From Azolla caroliniana (Eukaryota > Plantae > Polypodiophyta), in NCBI GenBank assembly GCA_043228905.1, contig JBHGNT010000006.1, positions 8,680,001 to 8,744,000 of the forward strand: DNA of 64,000 nucleotides, given 5' to 3'. A program made the translations under genes and the position numbers. The notes beneath the pieces are model-generated. The model searched no databases. It was not told the origin of the DNA and worked only from the letters and a program-made list of their open reading frames with translations. This document shows positions 11,350 through 24,116 of the stretch, in pieces. How positions within the stretch are numbered: the first letter of the stretch is position 1; each line of letters opens with the position of its first letter.

Positions 11350-14300
11350 CCCAATCGGCATCCGTGTAGCCAACAAGCTCTTCGGTTATCCCTTGCCGGT
11401 ATAAGAGCTCCCGGTCCTTAGTGCCGCTTACATACCTTAGTATTCGTTGCGTGCACTGAAGGTGCTCCACAGTCGGCTTCTACATGAATTGGCTTACCAC
11501 TCCGACCGGATAGCTAATGTCGGGTCGGGTGATGGTCAAGTAGATCAGGCTTCCGACTATTTGTCGGAACCGTTTCTCATCATAGGCTGGTCCGTTGTTG
11601 GGACGGATCTTCTGATTCCGGTCCAGGGGTGTAGAGACAGGTCGGCATTCTGTCATGCCGAACTTGTACAACATATTCAACACATTATGGCGTTGAGAAA
11701 GCAATATGTCGTCGGGGGTGCGGATCACCTCGATCCCCAAAAAATAATGAAGGTGCCCCAAGTCCTTCATCTCGAATGCGTCCGACAACTAGGACTTGAC
11801 GCGGTTGATTTTTGGAAGACCTGTGCCGGTGATGACTAAATCATCAACATAGAGTAAGATACACACCGGACCGTTTGAGCCTTGACGGATGAACAAGGAA
11901 GAGTCCGACTTAGAGGCAACAAACCCCATCTTTCGCAATCGGTGTGTGATCTTAGTATTCCAAGCATGGGGGCCTTGCTTCAAGCCATACAACGACTTCC
12001 TCAGCCGGCAAACCGCCGACTTGTTCACCTCCGACTAAAATACGGGGGGCTGAGTCATAAAGACTTCTTCTTCAAGGTCTCCTTAAAGGAAGGCATTTTT
12101 CACATCCATCTGATGAAGATGCCACCCCCTTGCTGCAGCAACCGCTAGTACCACACGAACCGTCGTCATCTTCGCTACAGGAGCGAAGGTCTCGTCGTAG
12201 TCGATTCTGTGGGTCTGCGCGTATCCCTTCGCCACTAACCGGGCCTTGTACCGGTTAACTATACCGTCGGCATTGTACTTTACCTTGTACACCCACTTGC
12301 ATCCGATCAGTTTACAGTAACGGGGAGGGTCAACCAGGTCCCAAGTTCCATTGGCATCCAATGCCCGCATTTCTTCCTCCATAGCGGCACGCCAATTTGC
12401 GTCCTTTGCCGCTTCTGCGTAGCTCTCCGGCTCACGCTCTTCTGCGACCTTGGTCATGTACGCATAATGATGCGCCATGTACTTGTTGTACCCGTACCGT
12501 TTAACGGGATCCTTCTGGCGGGTGGACTGGCGTAACTCACCGTTATGCGGGGAGAGCACGACAGAGTTTCCACTACTCGCCGTCTCATCATCCGGCTGGT
12601 TGGACTAATTCAGTCTCTCATTTGGTCCGCTTAACCCGAACGATTCCGGACTCTCATCTTGAGTCCCGGCTTCATCTTTCTCTACCTGGGCCGGTTCGGG
12701 CTCACTAGCCCCATCCTCCGACATCGGGTCAGGATCGGAAGTCGGAGTTGGTAAGGAATACCACGATGCCGATTCATCAAACTAGACATCTTGGCTGACC
12801 CGGACCTGCTTCGTCCGGGGTTTATAACACTTATACCCCTTTTGCTCTTGAGCATAGCCAACACGGATGCATTTTTCCGATTTTGCATCCAACTTTCTCC
12901 GCTTCTCATCCGGCACATGTACATAGGCTATGCTGCCGAATATCCGGAGGTGTCTCAAATTCGGCTTGCGCCCGAAATACAGCTCATGAGCTGACACCTT
13001 GTCCCCGATCCGGTTCTCGATGTAAACGGCCGTTTGAACTGCCTCTGCCCAGTAGAACTTGGGCATGCTCTTTTCCTCCAGCATTGCCCTAGCCGCGTCA
13101 ATTAGCGACCGATTCTTCCTTTCGGCCACACCATTCTGTTGCGGTGTGTATCTGTAGTTGAATTCTTGTCGAATTCCTTTTTCTTGTAGATAGCTGTTGA
13201 ATTGGCCAGAAGAGTACTCTTTTCCGCCATCCGACCGTAGGCATTTGATCTTCCTCTCCGATTCTCGTTCCACCATCTTCTGGAGGCTCCGGAAACACTC
13301 GAAGACTTCACTCTTCCGCTCAATGAGGTAGATCCACATATGCCACGTGTAGTTGTCGATGAAGGAGACGAAATATCGACTCCCGCCAATGCTAACATTT
13401 TGTGCTGGTCCCCACACATCTGAATGGATAAGATCGAGCTTGTTACGGCTTCAATTTCTTTCGGTGGGGAATGGAAGCCGGTGTTGCTTCCCGAGTTGGC
13501 AGGCTTCACAAATCTGGGCTCTCCGGCCGCTAAACTTCGGCAAACCGAAAACGACTTGTTTCGTTTGTAGGTCTTGAAGCCTCCGGTAGTTGACATGCCC
13601 GATCCGCTTGTGCCACAGGTCGATATCTGACTCAACCTTCTGTCCTTTGGCGAACAGTGCGGTGCCGACGTCATTGGTGTTGAGGATAAACATCCTCCCA
13701 TCTCTGCGCCCTTGCGCAATAACTTCGCCCTCATCCTCAATGAAGCACCTGAGGTGCATAAACCGCACCTACATCCCCTGGTGAACGATTTGTCTGACCA
13801 ACACCAGGTTCTTCATGATCGTCGGAACATGTAATACATTCATCAGCTTCCCCTTTTGTCCAACGTGGCTCAAAGGGACTTCTCCGACGTGCACGATCGG
13901 GTGGGGAGTGTCGTCTCCGGTTTCGACAACTCCCGGTTGATCCGGCTTCTCCAAAAAGGAGAACCACTCCCCGTGGCTCGTCATGTGGTTCGATGCGCCG
14001 GAGTCAACGTACAACACTTCCTCCGATTTGGAAGTGCTCTTCTTCATTGAGTTTGCCTTGTGCTTCATTACCAAGGCTGGCCCCTTACCGTTCTTGGATC
14101 CTCCCGATCCGATTGCGTAATGCGAGCTTTGCCGGCCTTCCTTACCGGTCTTGCCGGATCCGGATTTGTAAGAATCGGCACGCTTTCTCCAGCACTCGCT
14201 TTCGTTGTGGCCCTTTTTGCCACAGTACCAGCATTCCATAGCGGATTTGTCTTGCCGGCCTCCGGCACCACCTTGACTCCCTCTACTTGTGGAAGTCCCG

Positions 14301-15019
14301 GAACTGCTGTCGGCACGCTCACTATGCCTTCGTTCCTGCTCTTTCCGGCCACCTCCATTGCGTGCCGACTTGCCTCGTCCATCACGCCTGCGGGACTGAT
14401 CTGCTCCCGTGTAAAACATCTGACTATCTAGGGATGCACTGGTGGATGCACCAGCGTGGTTCTCCTCTACGAGCATCGACTGTAAGTCGAAAAATGAGGG
14501 CATATTCTCCCTTGTACAAACCGCAGTCCGGAAAGCTCCGAACTTGGATGCCAGGCCTCTAAGACAGACCTGCACCATCTCGTCTTCCTCTACGGTGACA
14601 TTAATAGAGGCAAGCGAGTCACAAATCCCTTTGATCCGGTCTGTGTAATCTGCCACCGACATGTTCTTCTGTTGAACATTGCTCAACTCCTGTCTGAGTT
14701 GCACCTTCCAAGCAGTGGTGCTTGCGGCGAAAACCTTTTTCAGGTTTCCCCAAGCATCCTTCGGTGTCTTGGCGTCACGGATATGGCTGAGCAGCTGGTC
14801 ACCGACACTGGACGCGAAGCAGTACATCACCCTGCTTGCCGCCTGTTCCCACACTGGGAAGTCCTTGTGTGTCGTCTCCGGTGCTGAGTCGTTCACTCCG
14901 TCGACATAACTCTAGTAGCCATGCCCAAGCAGGTAATGGTGCATCTTGTATGACCAAGATGCGTAGTTGGTTTTGTCGAGCTTCTCCACGGGGAGCGACG
15001 TAGCCATACCTCTGTCCAT
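11350..15019 (-). pseudogene. Copia A gag-pol (gag, CCHC knuckle, protease, integrase, RT); RNase H continues at 4903-5950
   Basis: [62 protein letters not shown]; several stops and frameshifts. Confidence 0.92.
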
Positions 15020-16000
15020 TTTTTCTTTTGTGTCTGTTTTCCGATCTTGTAGGGTTTCCTTCACAAGCGTAGATGTCTGCAGCAGAGGTTCTCAACCCAC
15101 GCGCTCTGATACCATGTGAAAGATTTCTTGCAGAAGCATTAGAAAGAACAATACACAAGGAGAGAGAGAGAGAGAGAGTAAGCAGGAGAGACAGAGAGAG
15201 AGCAAGACACACTAATTTTCAAAATTATATGAAAACTCTGTGCTCTGTATCTACAACGCGCTCATCAGCGCTATTTATACAAGTCCACACGGGACTGTTA
15301 GAAGTACGGTGTACTTCAATGCTCACACGAGCATCTGACACTAACTACAAGACTATAACTTCCTAGTAGTCTAACCTATACTAGGCTTCCGGTTACGGAT
15401 TGGATCCGGCATACCGGCTCCTCTTGCCTACCAGTCCTTACTGCTTACCGGCTTCGTTGCTCACCGGCATACCGATTCCTCTCGCTTACCGACTCAGGCT
15501 TATTCAACCGATCCGGCTCCGGTTGAGCTTGCTGCTCAACAATGTTGAATTTGAATGTTGAGCTATATTTTTCTCTAACTCCAATAAAGATTGTTATATT
15601 AAATTAGCAAATAGCTTTTTTAGAGATAATTAGAAACATATTCACATGCCCAAAAACTGCTACGAACATTATATCCCAATCATACATGAACAACCTGAAT
15701 GTATTATCAAGTGAGCAACAACGTTGACGTAATATTATTGTGTTCACTCGAAACTAAATAACCAAGATTAAAGACAACCTAAATCCTAGAATAAAGCTAA
15801 ATTCAATTATATTAATCAAGAAACAAATTATTCTTAACCACATACTTTGTGAGTCAACATTTACAAATATACGATAGACACTTAAAGTTTGCACACCAAT
15901 CAGATAGTGTAAAGAAATGGTACTCAAACAAAAAACTCGTATATTCCAAAACTAGTTTAGTGTTACAAGTTTTTAGTTACAAATACAAAGTAGTATACAA

Positions 16001-19000
16001 TCACTCCATTAGGAGGTCTGGAACAAGCTGCTCTCCAAGATCAGTTGACAATTGTGTTGCATCTACATGTTCTGTCTCCTCAGCTGAATCTGTATTTGAT
16101 TAGACCCCGATGCATCTTCAAGGTTGACAAGGTCCCCTCCTTGTCTATAGGTTCCATCGGCTCTCTGGAGGTCAGCTGAAACATCTCAGTTTCGTTGATA
16201 TGCTTTGCCCCAACCTCTTGGTCCTAGTCCTTGGATCCTCATCTTTATAAAATTGACTTGCTTGGGGTCCTTCTCTAATGCGACACAGTTCCTGAACAAT
16301 TTAAGAGCGCATGCAATTGTTGTTCCTAAATAAACAATCACACATGAAAAAGTAAGAAATCAAAGATAGGAAATAATATTTTATTTTAAGAAAAATTGAT
16401 CAGGCTTATGAGATTACCTATTCCAAAAAATAAGTCGAGCACCCAATCATCAGGGTTCAAGAACAACTCGACCAATCGATTAATCAATCGTTGGGGCTTT
16501 TGATATGGGTTTACAAAACTCTTGTCACCAAACACGTGGCGCAATTTCTTCGTTACAGCTGGGCACATGATATAGTTGACAACGTTCCAATCATTAGCAT
16601 GTGCCCGAGCCTTCTTCTTAGAAATAGCATCGTAATAGCCCATGCACAAATGCTCCACAACGCTCACCATTCAATCACCTGGGGTACGAGTTATGTTCAT
16701 TTTAACCCTATTTTATAATTGAATCAAAACAAGTTAATATATATGTAGTAAGCACCAAAGAATCTATACATCAAATATATAGTAACATAAAGCTTACCAA
16801 TGCATGTGTTCGGTGGCATGGCATCTCGACTTCAATGTAGTAGTGACCGATAAAGCCTGACCCATACTATGAAATATAACAATTCGCCATAATGGAGCCA
16901 GGGTCAGTTCTGCAAAGTCTTTAACCATCTTCTCTATTTGCGGATATTTGTATGGTATATCGCCGTATGTAGAGCCTAATATTCGGAATCCATATGGTAT
17001 ATCCGCCACGAGCAATGTATAATCTCGCTTGGGTAATATGTCAATCATATTACCCACATCACCATTATATACACTATAGTACAATTGACGGAAAGGAGCA
17101 GCCTTGTGCAAAAAGCTTTTCATAGTATTTGAGTCCTCATGCACCTCAAGCTCCTTTCCTTTTGTCATTCGTTTCTCATATTTAGCTCGTCCCAAATGGG
17201 TGATGAAGGTGCTTGCTATGCCTTCATTGTTGTCACCCATTTGAATCTTTGAACGAGGTGGTTTCTGTAATTATAATTTTGTAAGAAGAAACCCATTATC
17301 CTAAAATCCGTTAATATTTGTAAAACATACATACCCATTCTCTAAACACGATGAAGAATTCTTGAAGGGCCTTGTACGATGATGTTTTTGGGCAGGATTT
17401 CTCCACTTCTTCCCATGTAGGAAGGGACAACTTTTTCATCATCAACTCTTGTAGCTTCATATAAATCTTATGGCTAAAAATTAAAAGAAAGTAAGGTTAG
17501 AATGAAGAGAAAATCAACAAACCAATACAATGAAAATAAGTCATCACATAGAATACTCACTTTTGAAACTCTGTGACCATTTCATCAAGGCTGAACTCCT
17601 TGGCGGCCACTCTTGATAATACAAATATTAATAATCTGTCATCTCTGATTCCTTGCAATGACTACCAAGGAAGCAGCTTCATATCCTTGGCTAATTATTC
17701 AATTACTAAGTCACTTTTACGTGACTTAGAGTTTATCTCCACTTGTGGGTTGAGCTTATCTTTCTTTGATCTTTGACCCTTTATTTCTTTTCGCTCCCAC
17801 ATACTAAAAATTTGATCTTGGAGGTCCCACACCTCCCCTGTTCTGAACGCAAGTTGAAATCACGAGTTATATTTCCTCAAGCCTTCAGACTTGGTGCTTT
17901 TGTCAACTACTATCCCCACTTCAAGCAGACATTGTCGTTGCAATCCAGGATGCAACCTAGGACCAATTTTTTGCACCGCATCAAGGTACTCGTGATGGAA
18001 GAACTTGATGCGCTCGATACATGACATCTTCTGTCTATAGTTATTATCATTGTTATGATCCCAAGCTAGCAACTTGGTTTCATCATGTGTAAGGCTAGCG
18101 TACACTTTACATTATGCATATTTGAAGAATGGGGTAAGAGGATACTTCTTCAAAAGTTGACGTCGAGCTTCAGTAGAGTGGGATCCTCCAATCACGTAGC
18201 ATGTGTAGTCGTTAGCCAAACTGTACTTAAAGTCAGCAACAATTGGGCACTGATCAGGGTCTACCATTACTAAGAATGGCACTATAGTGGCATGTGGATT
18301 TATCTTCATTTTTCTTTTTAAGTTTTGCACATGCATTGAATGTGGCTCTCTTATTTCTAGAGCCTATCTTCATGTTTCAGGATCAATGGGTTGCCTTTGA
18401 ATAAAGGAGATGAACAATCAAAATAGTTGTCCTTTACGGACAAGCTTCGTCTTTACAATGTTTTCTCTGATCTGATTCTGCTCTGAGGTGAGTATTCCCG
18501 ATGCAATGTGGCCCCCTGGAGGAATAACTTCGAGCTCAATATCTTCCTCCTCATCTTCCACGAACTCGAGTACCTCGGGCTCGTCCTCCTCATGTTGCTG
18601 CCTTTTCTTGTACTTCTTATGTTCCAGTTTCGATTTATTGGCAAACTTTGGTGGTGTGGTAGCTTGCGAGACCATAAGCTCTCCCATATTATAAGGGCAC
18701 AAAGCAACAATCAAATTATTTTTAGTCTGAACATCTTTTTTCAAAGCTTTCGGGTGGCACAATTCAGTTACGAAATTTTGTTCATATATCCTAACTTTGC
18801 GCATCCCCATCGAGCTATCAACATCGAACAAGAGGTTCGATGAGTTGTTATCTTCGTATTTGATGTTCTTTACATGGCTATAGCTGAAAATCTTCCCCAT
18901 CTGCAACTTGCCCTCACCTTCAGATTTCACAAAAAAAGGAGCAAATCTCCTTCGTCTTGGGTATAGATTAATGTCCACTCGACATGAGGGTAGCTCTTTA

Positions 19001-19534
19001 GGCGAGGCTCCCCACTACTCTTTTCGCCTAAAGTGTGCGAAGTCCCATCCCCTCTCGACTCAATAAACGTTTTTTGTGAATCAGGCTTGGGCATGGTGTT
19101 TGAAGTTTTCTTTGTTGGGGAGGGAATCTTCAATTTGAAGGATGGGACCTTCTGTCGCGATTCACTAAAAACAAGCAATAACACAATGATATATCGATAA
19201 TCTAAAAACTCCACAACGTAAACCAGAAAACTAAGGTAAAGTTCCGCAAAAGCAGGCGAAAATCACCCGTTTAGGGGTTAATGTTACATTAAAAACATTG
19301 AGAAAAATGCCAAAAAATAGCAAGAAAAGTATATTGATCATGAAAGTCCCACCTTTCAACGGGAACTTGACGCACTGCATCGAGGTTCTGTTGAAATTAT
19401 GAGACCTCAATTGAAAGCATCGAATTCTAGACGCATAAATTAACAAACACACAAAGGAATCTTTTAGGAATCTTTGAAGAATCTAAAAGTATAGTTCGGA
19501 AAACATACCTGGCAATCTTCTTTCCCTTGTCCAT
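16001..19534 (-). pseudogene. Six-exon gene: ParB/Srx-like domain fused to a beta-class amino (N4-cytosine/N6-adenine) DNA methyltransferase, degraded
   Basis: Exons 19534-19509, 19164-17561, 17473-17335, 17264-16798, 16707-16418 and 16325-16001, joined by GT-AG introns that restore the frame. Motifs: YVIGGSHSTEA...LLAWDHN..RQKMSCIE (ParB-like); LLVADIPYG (motif IV); W|VKMN; NPYQKPQRLINRLVELF; VLDLFFGI|GTTIACALKLFRNCVALEKD (motif I onward). Internal stops and frameshifts. Confidence 0.85.
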
Positions 19535-20026
19535 GTTGCTGACGTTGGTGTCGACTTGTTTGGGGAGGCGAAAACTAGAAGTCTTGGTTGCTCTATGCTC
19601 CTGTGCTCTTCTGTTGCTTGAACGCGATAATAAAAATGAGAAGATGACTTTCCCTTATATAGTTTTGTTTTTTATTTTTATTTTTTTAAATTTTATTTTA
19701 AATTTTATTTTAAATTTTTTATTTTAAATAAATGCTTTTGGACATGGTGCTTCTTATAGAACCAAACTTGAGCCTATTTTGGACTCCCGTGATCTTAGCC
19801 CCCCTTACTCAAAATGTCCTCAAACTCGAGTAAAATTCTCTATTTTCTATTGAGTCTTTTAAATTATCTGATAACTCGTTATTCTCAATCGAGGAATATA
19901 ACCATGTTAATAATAAACAGAGCCATATAAAGTCAAACGACGATCGCGAGCAAAGTTCGACGTCACTTTTTTCGATAGAGCCTTTTAACTTAGGTAAAAT
20001 AAGAAATATTAAAGTAGGTAAAAATC
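19535..20026. promoter_or_regulatory. Putative bidirectional promoter between the methyltransferase gene and the transposase gene
   Basis: About 490 bp between two divergent start codons; TATATAA on the - strand near 19655-19661; AT-rich tracts. Function inferred from geometry only. Confidence 0.4.
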
Positions 20027-20954
20027 ATGATGAGTCCAATTTTTCGAATGTTGACGACGACTATGTCAACAAGCCTCTAAATTTTTGAAGAGTTGCTCGA
20101 CAAGTGAGCGTTAAACGATATAATTTTCTGTGTTCAGATTGCCAAATTGCAATTGATATAAGCAAGGTATGTTGTGGGAGCCTTTGTCTATCAAAATTTG
20201 GAAAGGCAAACTTGTGGGGGTTGCGACAAAAGTACTTGTCTGTCAATGACAATGAACAAGATACATTCTCGATTACCAATATGCAACTTGTTAAGGACCA
20301 TTTGGTAGTGTCATGTTCTCAGCAGGTGGAATATTACCTTTCACTTACTATGAAGAGTTTTCGAGTTGCTTTTAAAATTTTCTATAGCATCGGGAACATG
20401 AGGCTACAAAGAATTCAACATTGTTTACTTAAGGGGTGGTGGGTACCTTTCAACAATACATAATCTACATGTAAGGGTCTAATTGGGCGGCATATTGTTA
20501 GATGGACGGAGATATATTTCTTGAAGCAATGTGATGTTATCCCCACCACTAGAAGGTTACATTTGTTAGATAACTTCACTCGTCGTGAGGTATACCAAGC
20601 ATATAAAGATGACATGTTATTAGAAAGTGTACCTTACATACAATATCAACATTTTAATCGTTAATGGAGATTGAAGTTTAACAATGTGGTCATACCCCAC
20701 AAGGTCTAGATGGGTGTTTGTTCTATATGCACGAGTTTAAAAAGCATGGCCAAGACTGGGACAACATATGAAGAAATAACAAAATATAAGAATGTATTGA
20801 GAGAACATTGAGAAAGCCAGGCGTTGGAAAGATCTTTAAAGCTATGCACCATCGTCAAAAAGCGCTTCAATTGCCAAAAAGATATATGTGCTTGATTATA
20901 GATAGGATGGGTCAGAAGAAAACTTGTTTGCCACATTTTCGAAGGTTGCCCAAG

Positions 20955-23900
20955 AACACGTTCGCGTTCACAAGTGGAAGGATCGCACATTCCATTTATA
21001 GATTCCTTTTATAATCTTGCGATTTTAGACAATTTCCAAAAACTTAATACACCAGTATCACATGTTTTAAATAGCATGTAAAATTTGCTAATTTTTTGAG
21101 ATTTAACATGTTTCAAAATGATAATTTCTAAAATTGAATAGTTTTTCAGTAAATGTTTAAATGTTGATGGTTTGCGGATATGAAATGTAGTTTTAACTTA
21201 AAGAAAATCACAATGGTTAACTAAAGGCACAAGTTAAGATTAATTGTTTCACCATCTTGATGAGATTAAGATTACATCTTTTGTTAGACTTGAAAATGTT
21301 TTTAAGTATAAGAGGTAACATTGCAATCCTTAATGTCATCATCTATCAATTTAGTGCTCATTAACATCCATAAATTCACAACTCAAGAAATGTAGACAAT
21401 ATTCATAAACAATTTTGATAAATCCACAACTCCTAAAATGTGGATGATATTCATAAACTGTCAAAACTGTCAAACTTTAGATGTGAACATTAATATATCA
21501 ATTTGAACATATCACACAGTTATCAGGGTATCTACAATGTTATCCTCTTCTTCCTTTTGAGAATTCCCCTACAAAATTTGTGAAGTAAATGGCTTTTGCG
21601 AAGTTCAATTACCATCAATACAATTATTAATTTTTTTCTGTTAATCAATGAAGCACATGTTCACCATAAGATATCTTGTTGTGCAATATACATCTTTGCA
21701 GTATGGATATGTATCTTTTTCTCTTGTAAAAACATAGATTTCATTATAATTTGAGTTCATGTTTAAAAAACCTCTTTTATTTGAAAAATAAGAAGTTTTA
21801 AAAATATGAACTCGATATGTTGTATTGAGTTGATGTAAAAAATAGAGTTTTGATCATAATTCCATATAATGTATTGAATTCATGTTCAAAGTTTTTTTGA
21901 CCAAATTTTAAAAATAATAATAATAATAAGTTGAGCTTGAGTTCATATAAAAACCAGATTTTTCATCACAATTCAATACAATGTATCGAGTTCATGTTTA
22001 AAGTATATTTTTCTAATTTTTTTTTCGATTTTCTTCAACTTTTTCCAACTTTTTTTTTATTTTTTTCAATTTTATTTATGGAAAAAAATAATGTTAAACA
22101 TGAATTCAATACATTGTATCGACTTGTGATGAAAAATCTGTTTTTTTTTCATCATTTTTTAAAGCTATAAAAAAACAAAAAACCAAAATAAATAGAGAAA
22201 AAAGCAAGTTTAAAAAAAAACCCGAAATAAAGCTTTAAACATGAACTCGATACATTGTATCGAGTTCGTGTTGAAAAGCTAACTTGTTTAAAGCTTTTTT
22301 TTGGGGGGGGGGTTTAAAAATTTTGCATTTTTTCTATTTATTTTGGTTTTTTGTTGTTTTTTTTGAAAAATTTTGAGCTGTAATAAATGATCAAAAACCC
22401 AAAATTTTCATCACAAGTCAATACAATGTATCGAATTCATGTTTAAAATTATTTTTTTTCCATAAAAAAATTAGAAAAATATACTTTAAACATGAACTCG
22501 ATACATTGTATCGAATTGTGATGAAAAATCTGGTTTTTATATGAACTCAAGCTCAACTTATTATTATTAAATTTTTTTATATCTGGTAAAAAAAACTTTA
22601 AACATGAATTCAATGCATTTGTATGGAATTATGATCAAAAATCTGTTTTTTACATCAACTCGATACAACATATCGAGTTCATGTTTAAAAATCTTCTTGT
22701 TTTTCAAATAAAAGAGGTTTTTTAAACATGAACTCAAATTATACTGAAATCTATGTTTTTACAAGAGAAAATGATGCATATCGATACTGCAAAGATGTAT
22801 GTTGCATAACAAGATACCTTCTGGTGAACATGTGCATCATTGATTAACAAAAAACCATTAATAATTGTGTTGATGACAACATTTATATCTGGTAAAAAAA
22901 ACTTTAAACATGAATTCAATACATTGTATGGAATTATGATCAAAACTCTGTTTTTTACATCAACTTGATACAACATATCGAGTTCATGTTTAAAAATCTT
23001 CTTGTTTTTCAAATAAAAGAGGTTTTTTAAACATAAACTCAAATTATACTGAAATATATGTTTTTACAAGAGAAAATGATGCATATCGATATTGCAAAGA
23101 TGTATGTTGCCTAACAAGATACCTTATGGTGAACATGTGCATCATTGATTAACAAAAAACCATTAATAATTGTGTTGATGGTAATTGAACCTTGCAAATG
23201 TCATTTACATGGTCTATAAAGTATTCTCGTGGTTCTCAATGACCACTTCAAGCACTTAATGTTGATCTTCATAATTTGGTTCATCTACAACAGAGAAACA
23301 TTTATGTGGAACAAATGATGACAACACGAGCATAACTCAGGTGACAAGGAAACTTACAAGAACTCAAGGTGGGGATTAATAACTACACATGTAGATGGCC
23401 ATGAGCTAGGGTACCAATTCATTGGTAAAGTTTTGGACATGATGATGCATTAAACCTTTGTAATACATCTATCATTGACATTAGTTAGGTGGATATCATT
23501 GTGTATGACTTTACACTGACAAAAGTTGGATGTTTAAGGACAACAACGATATACATAATAAAAGAGATATTACCAAGTCTAGAAGATATCTCAGATTGAA
23601 GGTGAAGAAGATATATTGCAAACAATTTGGAGACATCATTTGGTGAAGACAATGATTTGATTGGTACATTTGAAAATGAGGAGGAAGAGTCACAATTGTA
23701 TATTATCTATAGTAGTGATTCTCATAAAAAGGATGATGATATATATGCAAATAACTCCCAAATGTATTTGTTGTGCAACTATGTGTAACAAATTTAGACA
23801 ACATTTTATCGATTGAAATAAAAACGTTCATTGTTTTGAAATCCTCTGCTTTTGATTTCTTTAAGATCTAAAAATTTATTAGTTGTCATTTTTCTTTAAA

Positions 23901-24116
23901 AATACACAAAGTTAATTTTCGTATTTGACCAAAATTTGGCATTTTTCAATTTTACCAAATGGTGAAATTTTCAACTTTTTCATCAAGTTTTAGAGAACAT
24001 GTGATACCAGTATCAAGGTGTTTTGTGAAATGGCAAAAAAAACCCCAAAATCAAACGGAATATTCCTTATCCTTCCACTTGTGTGCGATCCTTCCACTTG
24101 TGAACGCGAACATGTT
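20955..24116. mobile_element. Non-coding TIR (foldback-like) DNA transposon, ~3.2 kb
   Basis: 35-bp TIR AACACGTTCGCGTTCACAAGTGGAAGGATCGCACA (1 mismatch); 4-bp TSD CAAG at 20951-20954 and 24117-24120; AT-rich interior with no credible ORF. Confidence 0.88.
21590..23200. repeat. Long imperfect palindrome centred near 22260, with a ~305-bp tandem duplication in the right arm
   Basis: 21602-21900 is the reverse complement of both 22580-22880 and 22885-23190; recurrent unit AAACATGAACTCGATACATTGTATCGAGTTC. Confidence 0.85.

Larger units (their letters stand above)
4488..15541 (-). mobile_element. Copia A: full-length, degraded Ty1/Copia element (5' LTR 15115-15541, 3' LTR 4488-4908)
   Basis: Direct LTRs with TG..CA ends; PBS TGGTATCAGAGC (tRNA-iMet) at 15103-15114; PPT at 4909-4923; TSD ATATT/ATGTT; domain order gag-PR-INT-RT-RH. 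Confidence 0.95.

Noticed and set aside
16001-19534. Bacterial or phage contamination as the source of the methyltransferase
   Set aside because: The gene has five frame-restoring spliceosomal introns, shows CGA>TGA-type decay and is embedded among plant retrotransposons.
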